From: Psilocybe cubensis
Lineage: Eukaryota
Assembly: GCA_017499595.2 (NCBI GenBank)
Contig: CM038999.1
Location: 1,798,001-1,862,000 of the forward strand
Length of the DNA stretch: 64,000 nt
Reading direction: 5' to 3'
The position numbers were made by a program, and so were the translations under genes. This document shows, one piece after another, positions 1-14,529 of this stretch; positions within the stretch are counted from its first letter, which is position 1; each line of letters begins with the position of its first letter. Under the pieces are notes generated by a model. The model saw only the letters and a list, made by a program, of their open reading frames with translations. It ran no database searches and was not told the DNA's origin.

Positions 1-3000
1 GATGCGTACCTCATCAGAAGATTCACCTTGACGAGGGCTAAGAAGAATAAGTAAAGGTCAGTTTCTTGAAACTCTGGCATGTTTGTCGAGAAAAAAAGCA
101 TACAATCTAAGCAACCCAGCTTGCAATTTGGGGTCTGAAGGGCCGCCACATTTCGCGATGATTTCCTTAAGGCCTTGTCCACCAGCACCGATAATTGAAC
201 GATGGAATTTGTTGTCGACAGTAACAGATGCCGTAGTCTCTTCAGTCACTTGTTCTGAAATGGCAAGAATAGCTGCCTTGGCGGCGGCCACAGCCTTCTT
301 GGTACCACGAACAGTAATAGAAGTGGTGAGCCCACTCTCATCTGAGTTCTTGTCGATGTCAATCTGCGCCTCAGTTTCGTCCTTGATCTCATTGATGGAG
401 GCACCACCGCGTCCAAGGATACGAGCTACCGAACGAGTTGGAACAGTGAACTTCAGGACGTTGTTTGACTCCTTCTCAAATTCCACTGCGTCCAGGAGTT
501 CGGATTTGGCACCAGCAACACCCTTCTTTCCACCTTTGATGAGGACTTCATCGGATTTGAGTTGTTCCCTGGTCTTGCTCTCACCATTCTCAGGAGATTG
601 TCGAGGGAAGGTAATCTTTACGGAGTACTTCTCCTCCAGGCGAATGGCATATTTTCCACTTTGCCCAATCAAAGAAGAATGGTATTGGCTGGGGATCTTG
701 AGGATCTCAGAGGTCTCGTCGGCCTATCAAAACTTGATATAAGAGCCAAATAATTAAATCAAAGAGAGAAACTTACGAGACGATCAATTTGGGCCAGAAT
801 GCGCTTCTTAGCCTCCTCAACGTTCTCCTTTCGTCCAGTAATCTTATATAACGCTGAGAACGCCATCTTTGTGCTAAGCTTGAGTCACACTTTACCTTGA
901 CTTTGGACTTTTGGTGAACTGGCTTCTTCTTCTTGCTACCTTCCTTTTCTTTCTCCTCAACGTCGTCCGAAACGTCAACCTTGACACCAAGTTGATCTCG
1001 GAGCTTATTGATACCAGCACCTTGCGAGCCAACGATGCGACCAACATATTCCTTGTCGATGTCGAATTCGGTCGACTGAAAAGAAATTTGGTTCGGCTCA
1101 CTAGATAGGCAAATAATTCACATACGTAGCTGTTCACAATTTCGTCGTTCTTGGCATTTTCGACAATCTTTTGAATTTCCTTGACGGCACGATCAACATC
1201 GCTGCTGACACCGCGCACAATGATGATATCTTCTGTGGATGCACCGGCCTCAGCGCCAACCTTGATAGAAAGAGTGGTATCTTCGCCAATGATACTGTGT
1301 TAAACGTAAGTCTGTTATCGTGTGAAAGGATAGACAATCAACGGACGCATTCAGAGTTGTCCCACCATTACCCACGACAGCGTCATGCCAACGCTTGTCA
1401 ACCTCAATAGTCTCCGTTTTAACGTCAGCAGCATCCCGAGCCAGTTTCAGGAGTTCTTTCTCAACATCATCCAGATGTTTTTTCTTCTCATCGGGAGAAA
1501 GAGAAGCTCCGGTACTGAGAGGATCGTAAACCAAAAGAATGTGGGAAGACTCCAATGACTCGCTCGGGAAGTAGGCCTGAACATTATGAACGTCATGGAA
1601 TTGCTTGATCCTGCGACACCGTGAATTTCAAAACAAACAAATCAACATCAAAACATACTTTTTACTGTTCTTTCCAGTGATAACGCGATGTAAAAGCCAA
1701 TCAACGGTGACGTCCCTTGTTCCACCGATCAATTTACCAATGAGTTCCGAAACCTGTTTGACGACAGCATCCACCTCAGGCTTATCGCCAACCAAGTCAA
1801 TGCTAAGGGCCGAAGACGTGGCGTCTGCGGAGGGGAGAAACACGTCGACGGTAGGGTGGCTGGCCTTGATAAGCTTGGTATATTGAACACGGGTCAAGTA
1901 CGTAGCGAGTTGCTTTGAAAGAGCGATGGGTCCAGGCAGAGTCAATTCGTGGATGTACTTGGAATTGGCCTGTTCCATGACAGCAGCGAGTCCAGCGGGA
2001 AGGTCTGCAGCTTTGCCCCAGACAGTGACCTCGTCACTGGTCTCTTCAGGTTTGCCCACAGTGACAGCGCAATTACTCTTTGCCAGAATGGCGTCGGCAT
2101 TTTGACCGCTGAGAAGACGGTGCTGGCGTTTTGGAAGAGAAATCTTGACTGAGGTGATAGCCGACTGCAATGCTTCAATGGTTTTCTTGATAGTCTCTAC
2201 AACTCGAACGACGGCCTCGCGATCGCCGCTAACAGTAATCTCACGAGCGGTAGCATTCAAAGCCAAATTGACGTTCCCACCCTGAGCAGCTTCCAAGAAA
2301 TTGGGCCTGCGAACGAGCACAAAGGGCAAAATATGGGCAGGAATATCACGAACTCGTTGGGTGGCTTTGGACGTTTTCGAAGAAATGATCTGGTTCAAGA
2401 GCTCCTGTGCCTCATACGCCAAAGGAGAAGGACCGATGAGGGTGACAGGAACAGTGGGTTCCTCTTCGTCGTCATCGTCGTCGTGAGAAGCCTTGCCGTT
2501 TGCATGACCATTGCCTATAGGAGTGTCCCTCTTGGGAATGTCGACTCTAACACTCGTTTGGTCACGAATTTGTTTCAAAGTCGCGCCTTTTGGACCGATG
2601 ATAGAGGCAATGGTGGAAGCCGGTGCATTAATGACTAGCGTAATCTACATTTGAACGATTCAGTAACCATACCGCGGAGACGAGAAATTATACGCACGAC
2701 GGGACTTAACAGGGCCACGAGGCTCCGTTTAGCCTTGTCCAATTCCTTCTGCGATTCCGCTTTGACATAGAAGGTGGTTTGACGGGTCTTTTGATTGGCG
2801 CTGGCTTCTACCTTAACCTTGTACTTGGAAATAACCTGTTTAATGACCTCCCCGAGCGTAGCAGGTTTGCCGTCTTTACCAGAGTTGGACAAGTCAATTG
2901 CCGAGAGAGTAAAGGTGTCGGTGAAGACAGGGACCCTGGGAATGTTGGCCTTGATACGAGGACCAGCAGCCGCACCCCAGGCGGAGTTGGCAACTGGGTT

Positions 3001-3234
3001 TGCAGGAGAGGCGGATGCAAGCGTAGGAAATGCAACCTCAGAGTCGGTATCCAACGGAACGACAGCGGGGGCCTTGGGCTTGGTGGGAGTAGGCTGAGAG
3101 AGAGACGGGAACGGGTCAGGAGCGCCCTCGAGCTCGTGTCTCCTCTATATGCGTATGAAGATCGATGTAAGAAGCTTAATGACACAAATAAGAGTAAGAA
3201 CTCGGACCTGAAGGTCAGCGGCGGATAAAGCCAT
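1..3234 (-). CDS. SCP160: Vigilin/Scp160-like multi-KH-domain RNA-binding protein (multi-exon; 3' end lies outside the window)
   Basis: ATG at 3234 (MALSAADLQ|RRHELEGAPDPFP). Repeated KH GxxG motifs in successive exons: IIGPKGATLKQI, ILGRGGASINEI, IIGAGGQGLKEI, VVGNGGTTLNA. Confidence 0.9.
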
Positions 3235-3418
3235 ATTGTTCGGAAAACGGGTGTCCGGAGAGCGAGAAGCCTTGACGGGAAGAAGAGCCTGCGATTAAAA
3301 TAAGAGATATACTCGAATTTTATCACTGCTGGTGAATGAGATGGTGGTAGTATATAGAAACCATTTTTTGCCCGACTCCGAGTCTTAATTTCGCGCCAGA
3401 CCGTGGGACTTGTTTTTA

Positions 3419-3668
3419 TTGACGTGGCAAGCCATGGAAATCCCTGGGCTACAACAATTACCCTGGTGATCAATAAACTTGTCCCGCATTCTATACACTA
3501 CAAGCGCTGGGGGCTCGAACTAGAACAGACTGCAGACACTCTGAACAGCGACGACGAGTATTGACGGCTGTTAACCTCGGAGGTTGCAGTGAATGTGATC
3601 ACTCTCGACTGGTCTAGCCACGTGTGCTGTAGTATGTCATTATAGTATTATTCACACCGAGGACGTGG
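3419..3668 (+). promoter_or_regulatory. Cluster of UPRE-like ACGTGG elements in the SCP160/ERO1 divergent promoter
   Basis: TGACGTGGC at 3420-3428, GCCACGTG at 3617-3624 and GGACGTGG at 3661-3668, all upstream of ERO1, a classical UPR target. Confidence 0.45.
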
Positions 3669-3747
3669 AACTTAGTATCCAGCGCCGTCTAGATCTCTTC
3701 ATGACCTAGCACTTCACCCTCCTCTCTCTCTATCTCGCACAGTCACC

Positions 3748-5877
3748 ATGCATAGACGCGCACTCAAGCTTGCGTCGCTCCTTTACGCTTTCATCTGGCC
3801 AGTCAGTGCCAATGAGTCGTTTTTAGGGGAAACACTAGTTCGAAAGAGGCCGATTCAGAATGTGTTGGACCACCAACCTATAAAACATACTACATGTCAC
3901 AATTCTATCGTACGTACATTGCTTCGTGTCTGCTTATTTCTCACCTAGTGTATTTTGTCAGTTGACAGGACCGATAGAAACTACTATGTGCGACTATGAA
4001 ACCATTGAAAGTGTGAACGACGAATTGTTCGCCAATCTATCAGACTTGGTCGAGAAACCCTTCTTCCGTTATTTTCAGGTGTGTGTCCTCTCTGTTCTCC
4101 ATCACTTCTGGCTGACGTGCGCATAGGTTGATCTGTACAGAGAATGCCCATTCTGGCCGGACGACGGATCCTGCAATGACCCAGGGTGTGCTATAACTAC
4201 AGTTGACGAGGTTAGTATTTCGGGAAGCCATCCCCGTACCATAGTGACTTTTAGGAATCATAGAGCAACGTTCCGGAGAAATGGAGAGCGAAAGCGTTGA
4301 GTGAGTTGGATCCAGCGTCCGTGGACAAGGTGAGCTCTTTCAGTCAGGCCGTAATACCGTATTCCTCACACTCGTACTAGCGACATTCTCTACCTGGTTG
4401 CTATTACCGCGACTCAGATTTCTGTTTCCTCGATGATAATACAGGTACGCGAGTAATGGTGACTGAGCGAGTCGTGTCTCATTCTGTCATCGCACGTAGA
4501 AGGCGAATATTTCGACCTGCGACTTGTTCCAGAAAGATACACAGGATATTCTGGAAAGGACGCTCAACGGGTGTGGAAATCTATTTACGAGGAAAACTGT
4601 TTCGGTCTCTCCGAGCTTGCCTTGATGACGGGAAAGTCCCCCGCTCCAGTGTCTCTCCCTGATACGATGATAGAGGTCCTTCACGAAGACGGAGAGGAAT
4701 CTGCTGCGCAATGTCTGGAGAAACGCGTATACTATAAAGTAATTTCAGGTATATATATACATTCACTCTATTGACTAGACATATACTCATTTTTCAGGTC
4801 TCCATGCGTCAATTTCCACACACATCTGTCATGAATATCTGAATCAGACGACTGGTGAATGGGTGCGTATTTGTGGTTTGAGACCCCATTACAGTTGATT
4901 TATTGGTTCCTACAGCATCCAAATCTCAACTGTTTTATAACGAGAGTAGCATCTCACCCAGAGCGCCTTCAATACATCTATTTCGATACCATTCTATTGC
5001 TTCGAGCCGTTTCGAGGCTGGGTCCATATCTTTCTGCTTTTGATTATTGTTCGACGGGCACACATGAAGACGATATGGAAACGTTACAAACTCTTACAAA
5101 GGTATTGAATATTGCGGAAGATGCAGGCGCGTTTGATGAAAGTATATTGTTCCGAGGTGAAAACGCCAATGTTAGTGCGCCTTCCTGCCCTGATCGAATC
5201 ACTAATACCTTTGTAGATATTGAAAGAAGAATTCAAAACTCATTTCCGCAATGTCACACGTATAATGGATTGTGTTGGGTGTGATAAGTGTCGCCTATGG
5301 GGTAAAATACAAACGACTGGCCTAGCCACAGCGATGAAGATTCTGTTTGAACTTGATGAAACCGCTTTGGAGTGGGTGTTTTTAAGCTCACATTCATCAA
5401 ATACTTATCTGCTCCCTTCTTAGCCCTCGAGCCAACTCTGATCTCTTACAACGCTCAGAAGTTGTTGCCTTGATGAATACTTTGTTTAGATTCAGTGAAA
5501 GTTTGAAGGCAGTGGAGACCTTCCGCAAACTATGGCGAGAGATGGATGATGCAGAAGCCGAAAAAATTGTCAAACAAACCGAAGCAATCACAGCTGCTCA
5601 TGTGAGTATATATCTGCTACAAATTTCGACACTTTGGTCAATAACGCCCGCCCATCAGGCACAAGCACCTCATAAAGCCAATGTCAATCACTCGAAAAAT
5701 TATTTTGATGCTGCCTGCGAACAGTCAATATATGTCCTTCGGCATTGCAAACATAGTATCGAGGAAAATGTTACACAAGCTATGACCGCACTGGGGAATG
5801 CCTTCAGCGCGGTCCTATCGGCATTCCGTCCATCAGAGAAGGGAAAGGGCCCTAGCTCGACATACGGCGATCTCTGA
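3748..5877 (+). CDS. ERO1: ER oxidoreductin 1 (FAD-dependent thiol oxidase), multi-exon
   Basis: Signal peptide [21 protein letters not shown]. Motifs [22 protein letters not shown] (shuttle cysteines), [22 protein letters not shown] and [21 protein letters not shown] (CxxCxxC). Confidence 0.96.
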
Positions 5878-6569
5878 GTTAGACACACCTATATAATCTG
5901 ATGTTACGTACATACATATGTGTATCAAAAGTACTGAAGTAATCTAAAAGTTGAAAACATCACGTCAGATACTGTCAGATACTTCTACTACTTACACATT
6001 GTGGAGGCCTCATCGCTACAAGAGCCGCCTGAATTGATATTACGATGCCGATCATATCCGAATCTGACTCCTTGTTCGCGACTTGAGAGTTGAATATTGA
6101 AGAATATTATCTACAGCAGCACTTGATCGAGTGCAGCTGCCTGACTCGTCACTACTGAAAGATAAATCGGGGTGCTATCAATGTTATCCCGGCATTGTGA
6201 CCAATCCTGTTACAACTCTATTTGTCTGATAATGTCTCTCTCAGAATCTTCACGGACTACCGCACACAGTCTCGCCACTTGAGGAGTCAGGTATTTCCTG
6301 ATATTTCTATTGAATGCTTCCGATTGAAAAGCGATATATCCTTAACTCTGTCAGGCCGTGCTAAAGTTCCACAAGTTCGAGGTCACGATTCATGCATGAT
6401 CATGCATCATGACTTAGCAGAAATAGAAAGCCAATGTCAAAAGGTAGCGCTTGGACCTGATCCGATACTTCACCTTTCACCGTCTGCCGTTGGCTGGCTC
6501 TGGAATAGGTTGGTTACTGAGATACGTCTCTCACTGCAGTAACTCGGCCTACATGACCGCAGAGTTATC

Positions 6570-8385
6570 ATGATCATTCTTGATGGAGACTCAGGACAGC
6601 CAAAGAATGACAATTATCCAGGGTTAACTCTCCGACATCCCCAAGCCGCTGTCACTCGTTCCAGCTCTCCTCTTCCAGACTATGATACATCAGAGGCACA
6701 ACACTGGAAGATTTCTGAAACGCGCAAGCCACGAAAAATCTTTGATTCAACAATATGGAAGGGCGCTTTGTATGGTTTTGTGATGTACATCTTTCTCTCC
6801 CTGGTTATCGTCATACCAATTCTTGTTGTGGTAAGTCTAAATTGCGCCCGCTCTACTCTATGTCTCAAGTACACTAGAAAGCTCGCGCCAAAAGGAATGA
6901 GGTCGACTGGGGCCTTAAACCCACTGGTTCGCTGTGGGCTGTGGAAGACAATGATTTATCATCTCCTATTCATTTATCTCCAGCCGTTCTGACGACTCTT
7001 GACGATCATAACCTATGCAACTTGTGGAACTATACCATTTTTAATGTTTCTCGGTATGAGACATACACTTTAATTTTTGCACACTTACTCAAAACAAGAT
7101 ATCTAGTGCTTCATTCAACTTACCACCTGCCGGAATCATTTCCATTCGTTCAAATATTACTTATGACACGTTCACCCATGATCAAATTTCCGGAACTTTA
7201 TCAGTAACCAAAAGCAAGGACGTCAGCAGACGAGATGTCGTCTTCTCTGTTGACATGAAATCATCTAGTCCAGAAATACAAAACAGAACAAGTGTGTGTT
7301 TTAATCGGATTGGCCCTAACAGAGGTCTGTCGGTCTATGTGGGTGTCTGTTCTCGGCCTCGTGCAATCTTGACCTCAATACTACTCTAGGTTCCTGCTAA
7401 GCTCGCTAAAGGCGACTTTCTGGACCTGCAAATAGATGTTGTGTTGCCACAGAATGCCCCCCCTATTGACAGATTCTTTACTTACCTTCCGATGATCTCT
7501 CAACAATTCCACGACTTCAATAGTTCATCTCCGACTTTCAACCACATAAACATTGAAGGAGCTGTTCGTCCAATCACTTGCAAGGTATCTCCCTGGTTTA
7601 TTGTCTTTTGGAACGAAGGGTCTTAGATGTTCTTCTAGTTGCTCAAAGCTTCTACGATCATGGTGAAAAATCTTGCTTCAACAATAGAAGGAGTGTTTGA
7701 TGTTACAAGCACTATTAGCCTTGATTCGGTCAAAGGGTGTGTTCCCGCTGTAATTTTTTCCTTTTAAACTTCCAACTCATTACGGTAGGAATTTCTCTTG
7801 CAGGGCAATATTTTCCGACATTACCTTGACACGACCAGAGGTGGCCTACCGCCCCACATTTCTCACGATTGAAACAGGAGACAGGTGGACCTCTTTAGTG
7901 AAATGATCTCTTAGCTTTTCTAATCGTCATCTAGTGCCATTAATGCAAATATTACGCTGAACTCACTGCTCAGTAGCACGACAGTTCTGCCCAATACTCC
8001 GTCCTTTGTAGCTAAGGTGTCAACTTTCAATGGGCCGTTGGATCTCAACGTCAGGTACAGCAATGGCACCAATCCCGCCCTTCCACTTCAATTGCAGGTT
8101 CAAAATAACTTAGCGGAGTCATCAATCTTTTTGGACCCTATTTATCAAGGTCGGTTTTCTGCCAGAACCAAGATGTCTCAGGTGATCACTGCCGAGTCTG
8201 CTGAGTTCAATATAACGACCAAAACCGGTTCCAGGCCACGGACTATCATCTATGATCAAAAGTTGCTCGATGTAGTCAATGGCTGGGTGGGGTGGGGTGA
8301 GAAGCCTGTGAACAATCGGCGGGTAGTACAGAGTACTCTCGACGTCGTTTCTGCGCTCAGTCCAATTAAATTGACCTTTGGATGA
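6570..8385 (+). CDS. Uncharacterised type II membrane protein with a large beta-rich luminal domain (multi-exon)
   Basis: Cytosolic N-terminus with SPLPDY. One TM segment (ALYGFVMYIFLSLVIVIPILVV). Several GT-AG-bounded exons. The last exon (ORF 8017-8385) ends GWVGWG...LSPIKLTFG. N-glycosylation sequons present. Confidence 0.7.
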
Positions 8386-8970
8386 TGATTCTAATCTTAG
8401 AACTCCAAACTCTGAAGGACTTTGCCTAATTGAACTACATGCATGTCCAATTCGTGTCTCCCTTGCGGACAGAGCAGGGTTTATTTGGTGTGACTGATAC
8501 CGCTTCAACAAGGCAGCGCTGTATATAAAGATGCGACCGTGTAGTTAGCCGTTACAGTCTTTGTGAATTCAACTAACCCTTGTTATCATTGAACAACACT
8601 ATGTGTTGATCGCTAAGTTATTCGAAAGTACTCCTCATGTACCTTCCAAGAGGAAATAATGGGCATAGAAACCTTGCCCAGCCCCTGTAGCGAAATGCTA
8701 CTATAGAAATCACCTCAAATTACTGTAATAAATAACAGTCCTTGATCTTTGTACGTGTCGGCTTTGTAATCTTCAAATCTATTCGTCGAGCTGAAGTCTG
8801 CAAATATGTCACTCTACAATTGCCTGCAATTGCGTGATCGTTCGTCAATTGAAAGCACATCATCATGAACCATAGAAGCAGTAGGAAACCTCTTATACCA
8901 ATGCACAACCCCACAACGATAGCTACTAAACCCAAAATCTCTCCTGTCGTTTCTTACACTAATCCTTAAC

Positions 8971-11147
<2,177 letters not shown>

Positions 11148-11441
11148 TAGCGTAGGACAGGGCTCTGAATGTTTTGTTTCTTCTTGTACTTATATGTAAA
11201 TCATTTAAATATCTTCAAATTTACAGCAGCTTCTTGTCAGTGAACCGACGTTTATAATTTTACTTACTGTTATATAAGCTTTGTTGACGGTTGTAGATGC
11301 CGCCAAGGCGTTGATATCCCGAGGAAGGGTTGTTGTTGCCTTGGTTCAAGTTCACCAATTCGACTCAGTAAACATTTAGGCCCACTCGTCACTAAACCAT
11401 CTGGGCCCTGCGACACAAGCGGTACAAGAGCACGTTTTGGA

Positions 11442-12015
11442 ATGTCAGTTGCTCGATACATCACTGGTAGCATCCATCCGCTCTCCAGGAGACTATCGAC
11501 CATGAATAACCTGCAACACGCCCGAAACTCGCCATCCTCGTCACCGGGTCCAGTGGAAATCTCAATCCGTGAGAAGGTTATTATGGTTTTGACATTTTAT
11601 GTTGCCCCTTCAACGATCTGACAGGCCTTTTACAGCTAACAGCACTTTTGCAGCCTGCGTCAATCACAATCACGAACGACTCTTGGCAACACCGCCATCA
11701 TTCCGCCATGCGCGATCAAGAAAATAATGGAGAAACTCGTAGGTCTTCATTGGACATTTCAAAATCACTAATCTGCATCGAAGATTGCCAGACTTTTCAG
11801 TTCAGGTCGTTTCTGATGCGTTTGAAAAGAAAGTTAGTAGCCTACTTGTGACCCAATTTTCAGCATTAAACTCGTTTGACTTGCAGACCACCATGCAGCG
11901 TCATCGGATTGTTTATTCTGCATTATCTGATGAATTCGCTCGCGGGTTGCACGCACTCTCTCTCAAAACCAAGACTGTAGCAGAAGTCGCTGCCTCTGGG
12001 GACGGCAGGAGTTGA
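11442..12015 (+). CDS. BolA-family protein, probably mitochondrial (4 exons)
   Basis: Arg/Ser-rich presequence-like start. GPVEISIREK|LTALLQPASITITNDSWQHRHH...GET|HFSVQVVSDAF...MQRHRIVYSALSDEFARGLHALSLKTKT. Confidence 0.9.
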
Positions 12016-12651
12016 GAATTATTATTAACAATTGAATTGGCTGTTCAAGTTTCAAGGTTGATTGGTCGTAAGCTATATTAATAATTGATTTTTACCCGCT
12101 TCACCAACGATATCTTTATTCCACGATCTTCGGCAATCCAGCTGGTGTTTACATCCAGCTGGTACCCACCACCAAAGGCGCACCTCTCCAACCGCCCAAT
12201 CGACCGATGATGGCTTCCATGACTACATCAAGTGACCACTGTGAGATTGTATGTGCCTATAAACTCAGATGAAACCTTTACCGTGTATCACCAGGGATAA
12301 GCTTTTGGTGCTGGAGCCATTGCCTAAGTTCTCTGAAACCCCTCGCCCATAATCGCCTGCGCGGGTTAAGAATTTCAGCATAACCATACAGCAATGGCTG
12401 TGCATTGTGACGTAGATCGCAGCTACATAGGGCGTACGCCTGGAGATCGCTGCGTAGTGACCGACTCCGATGCGCATAACAGCCAACTTAGATTAACAGA
12501 TTTTCTTAACATCTATGTACATAGAGTGTATTCGGAGCAGCAGGGTGGCGCAGTTCGTCTAACCGGTTTTCCTGATCATTTTCTTGTTATATAGCATGTT
12601 GCGTCATGGACACATCTTTGATTTTTTCAACCCTCTATCCCTTTTCCGACC

Positions 12652-13857
12652 ATGCAGTCTTCCTCCCAGTACACGCGACCGACACTTCCACCTATTCGCG
12701 ATCTGTTCCCAGGTGAACTTGACATATTGTCTACTATTGTGGCCGTGACTCAACTCTTTCCCCGTAGATGAACTCGCCAGGCGTCCCAGTTTACAAGGAT
12801 CGCCATCTATGGCATTGGCAAAGCTGCGAGTCAGCGATGAAGATCACGATGATCCTTCCTCTCACAGTCGCTCTATGTCAAGAACATCTTACAGACCAGG
12901 CAAATATCCTATTTTTTTTTCTTATTTTGGCCGATACTTATGTATGGGTAGGATACTCAGAACCAAACATTAATTCTCACAGAGCTACATCTGATAGAGA
13001 ATCCCATCATCTTCCAAGATTCGACGCACAATATCCTACGTCGCATAACCGGACAGAGTCGCCTTTTCTTCGAGAAGCACCCTCGACGGGATCTTCTTCG
13101 AGATCAACCCATGGCGATTTGCCTGACACCTATGATGCCCACAACCATTATTTACAACCTCGGCATAGACATACTGTACTGCAGCCATATGATTACCGAG
13201 ATTCTGTAGCTCTCCATCATCCGTACAGCTCTACTGCTCTGCCTCGTCATAGGTCCGAAACTTCTAATTCTGAACCACCCGCAACATGGAACATTTCAAC
13301 GACTATTCCGAGAGGCAATATTGTCGAAGACGATGAACGTACTCCTGTGGCTCGCTTTGGTTCTGATATCGTGCACAACGGGCCTAATTCTTCGGAGGAA
13401 AATGGTGGCTCTGCCAAATATGAATGTTCATATTGTGGCAAAGGTTTCAACAGACCTAGCAGTTTGAAGGTATTTGTGATAGCTTGTCTAATCCCATCGT
13501 AACACTCATTTTGTTTTAAGATACACCTTAACAGCCACACTGGAGAGAAACGTGAGTAGTTTATTCCCTCATTTTAAATGAAATAAAAGCAAGCGCCTGA
13601 TGCCTTACATATTTTTAGCCTTTGTTTGTCCAGTGGAAAGCTGTGGGCGCAGCTTCAGCGTTCTAAGTAATATGCGGCGTCATACCCGCGTTCACGCGAC
13701 GGTCCCGTATTCGGAATCTCATATTGTTGACGACGTGTCTTCATCATCAGCCATCCCGGAGTCTTTATCCCGAAAATGGCATCGCCGTCGAGATAGCAGT
13801 GTCTCTACATCGAGCAGTGGTAGAAGTAACAGCATTTCTTCGACCGAAGAAGATTAA
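12652..13857 (+). CDS. C2H2 zinc-finger transcription factor (two fingers)
   Basis: N-terminal LPPIRDLFP motif. YECSYCGKGFNRPSSLK|IHLNSHTGEK|PFVCPVESCGRSFSVLSNMRRHTRVH. Intron 12900-12951 needs a GC donor to keep frame. Confidence 0.9.
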
Positions 13858-14529
13858 GATCAGGACCATTGCTCCTCGAAACACGTTCCCATCAATTGTT
13901 GCCTGTATCGCCTCATACAAAATTCCCCTTGGTCGCTCACCTTTTATTTATTGCGTTTCGCTTATCCTTATGCTCTCTGGATCCGTTTTCACCATATTGC
14001 CCACATCCATCCTATCAGAACACGTTTACAATCTAACATGTATGTATTCTCTTCGCTTCACATTCATTTGTACGACATTTTCCCTGCCTGTGGTCCGGAT
14101 ACACCGCATATTTATTTACAAGCCTTTACCCATTTGTAAGATAATACTTTATAGACAACAAAAATTGTACTAGTCGTAGTAGTTACTTTCCGAAATAATC
14201 TTTAGATGCATCATGTCGAGCATGATGACGATGTACTAATCACCTCATGTTGTGGCTTCATGATCGCATTTTAGCCTTTACTTAAGGCCCAGATGAGATT
14301 ATTTAATGTACCTGCATGCTCTACGTAATGGGCAAGTCAGTCGCCTTGACAGAGAGACCGTACAAGCAACCTAGAAGACATTAGTGGCATTCAGAAGATA
14401 AAAACTTGACCCTGCATATATTTGCAAATCGAGGGTAGAATTTACCATTGCGAAATGAAAAAAGTGAGTTGTTAGTAGTGTACATGCTGGGGGTACAGTT
14501 ACAAGAATACACGTCTCTTCGCTAATTAA

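Noticed and set aside
83-742. 219-aa plus-strand ORF, and similar long antisense ORFs (2779-3228, 32463-32981, 49866-50312, 63215-63769)
   Set aside because: They are shadows on the opposite strand of well-supported genes and show no domain signal.
2808-3473. 221-aa minus-strand ORF overlapping the SCP160 start
   Set aside because: It is an alternative frame running through promoter and intron sequence. The spliced MALSAADLQ start explains the region.
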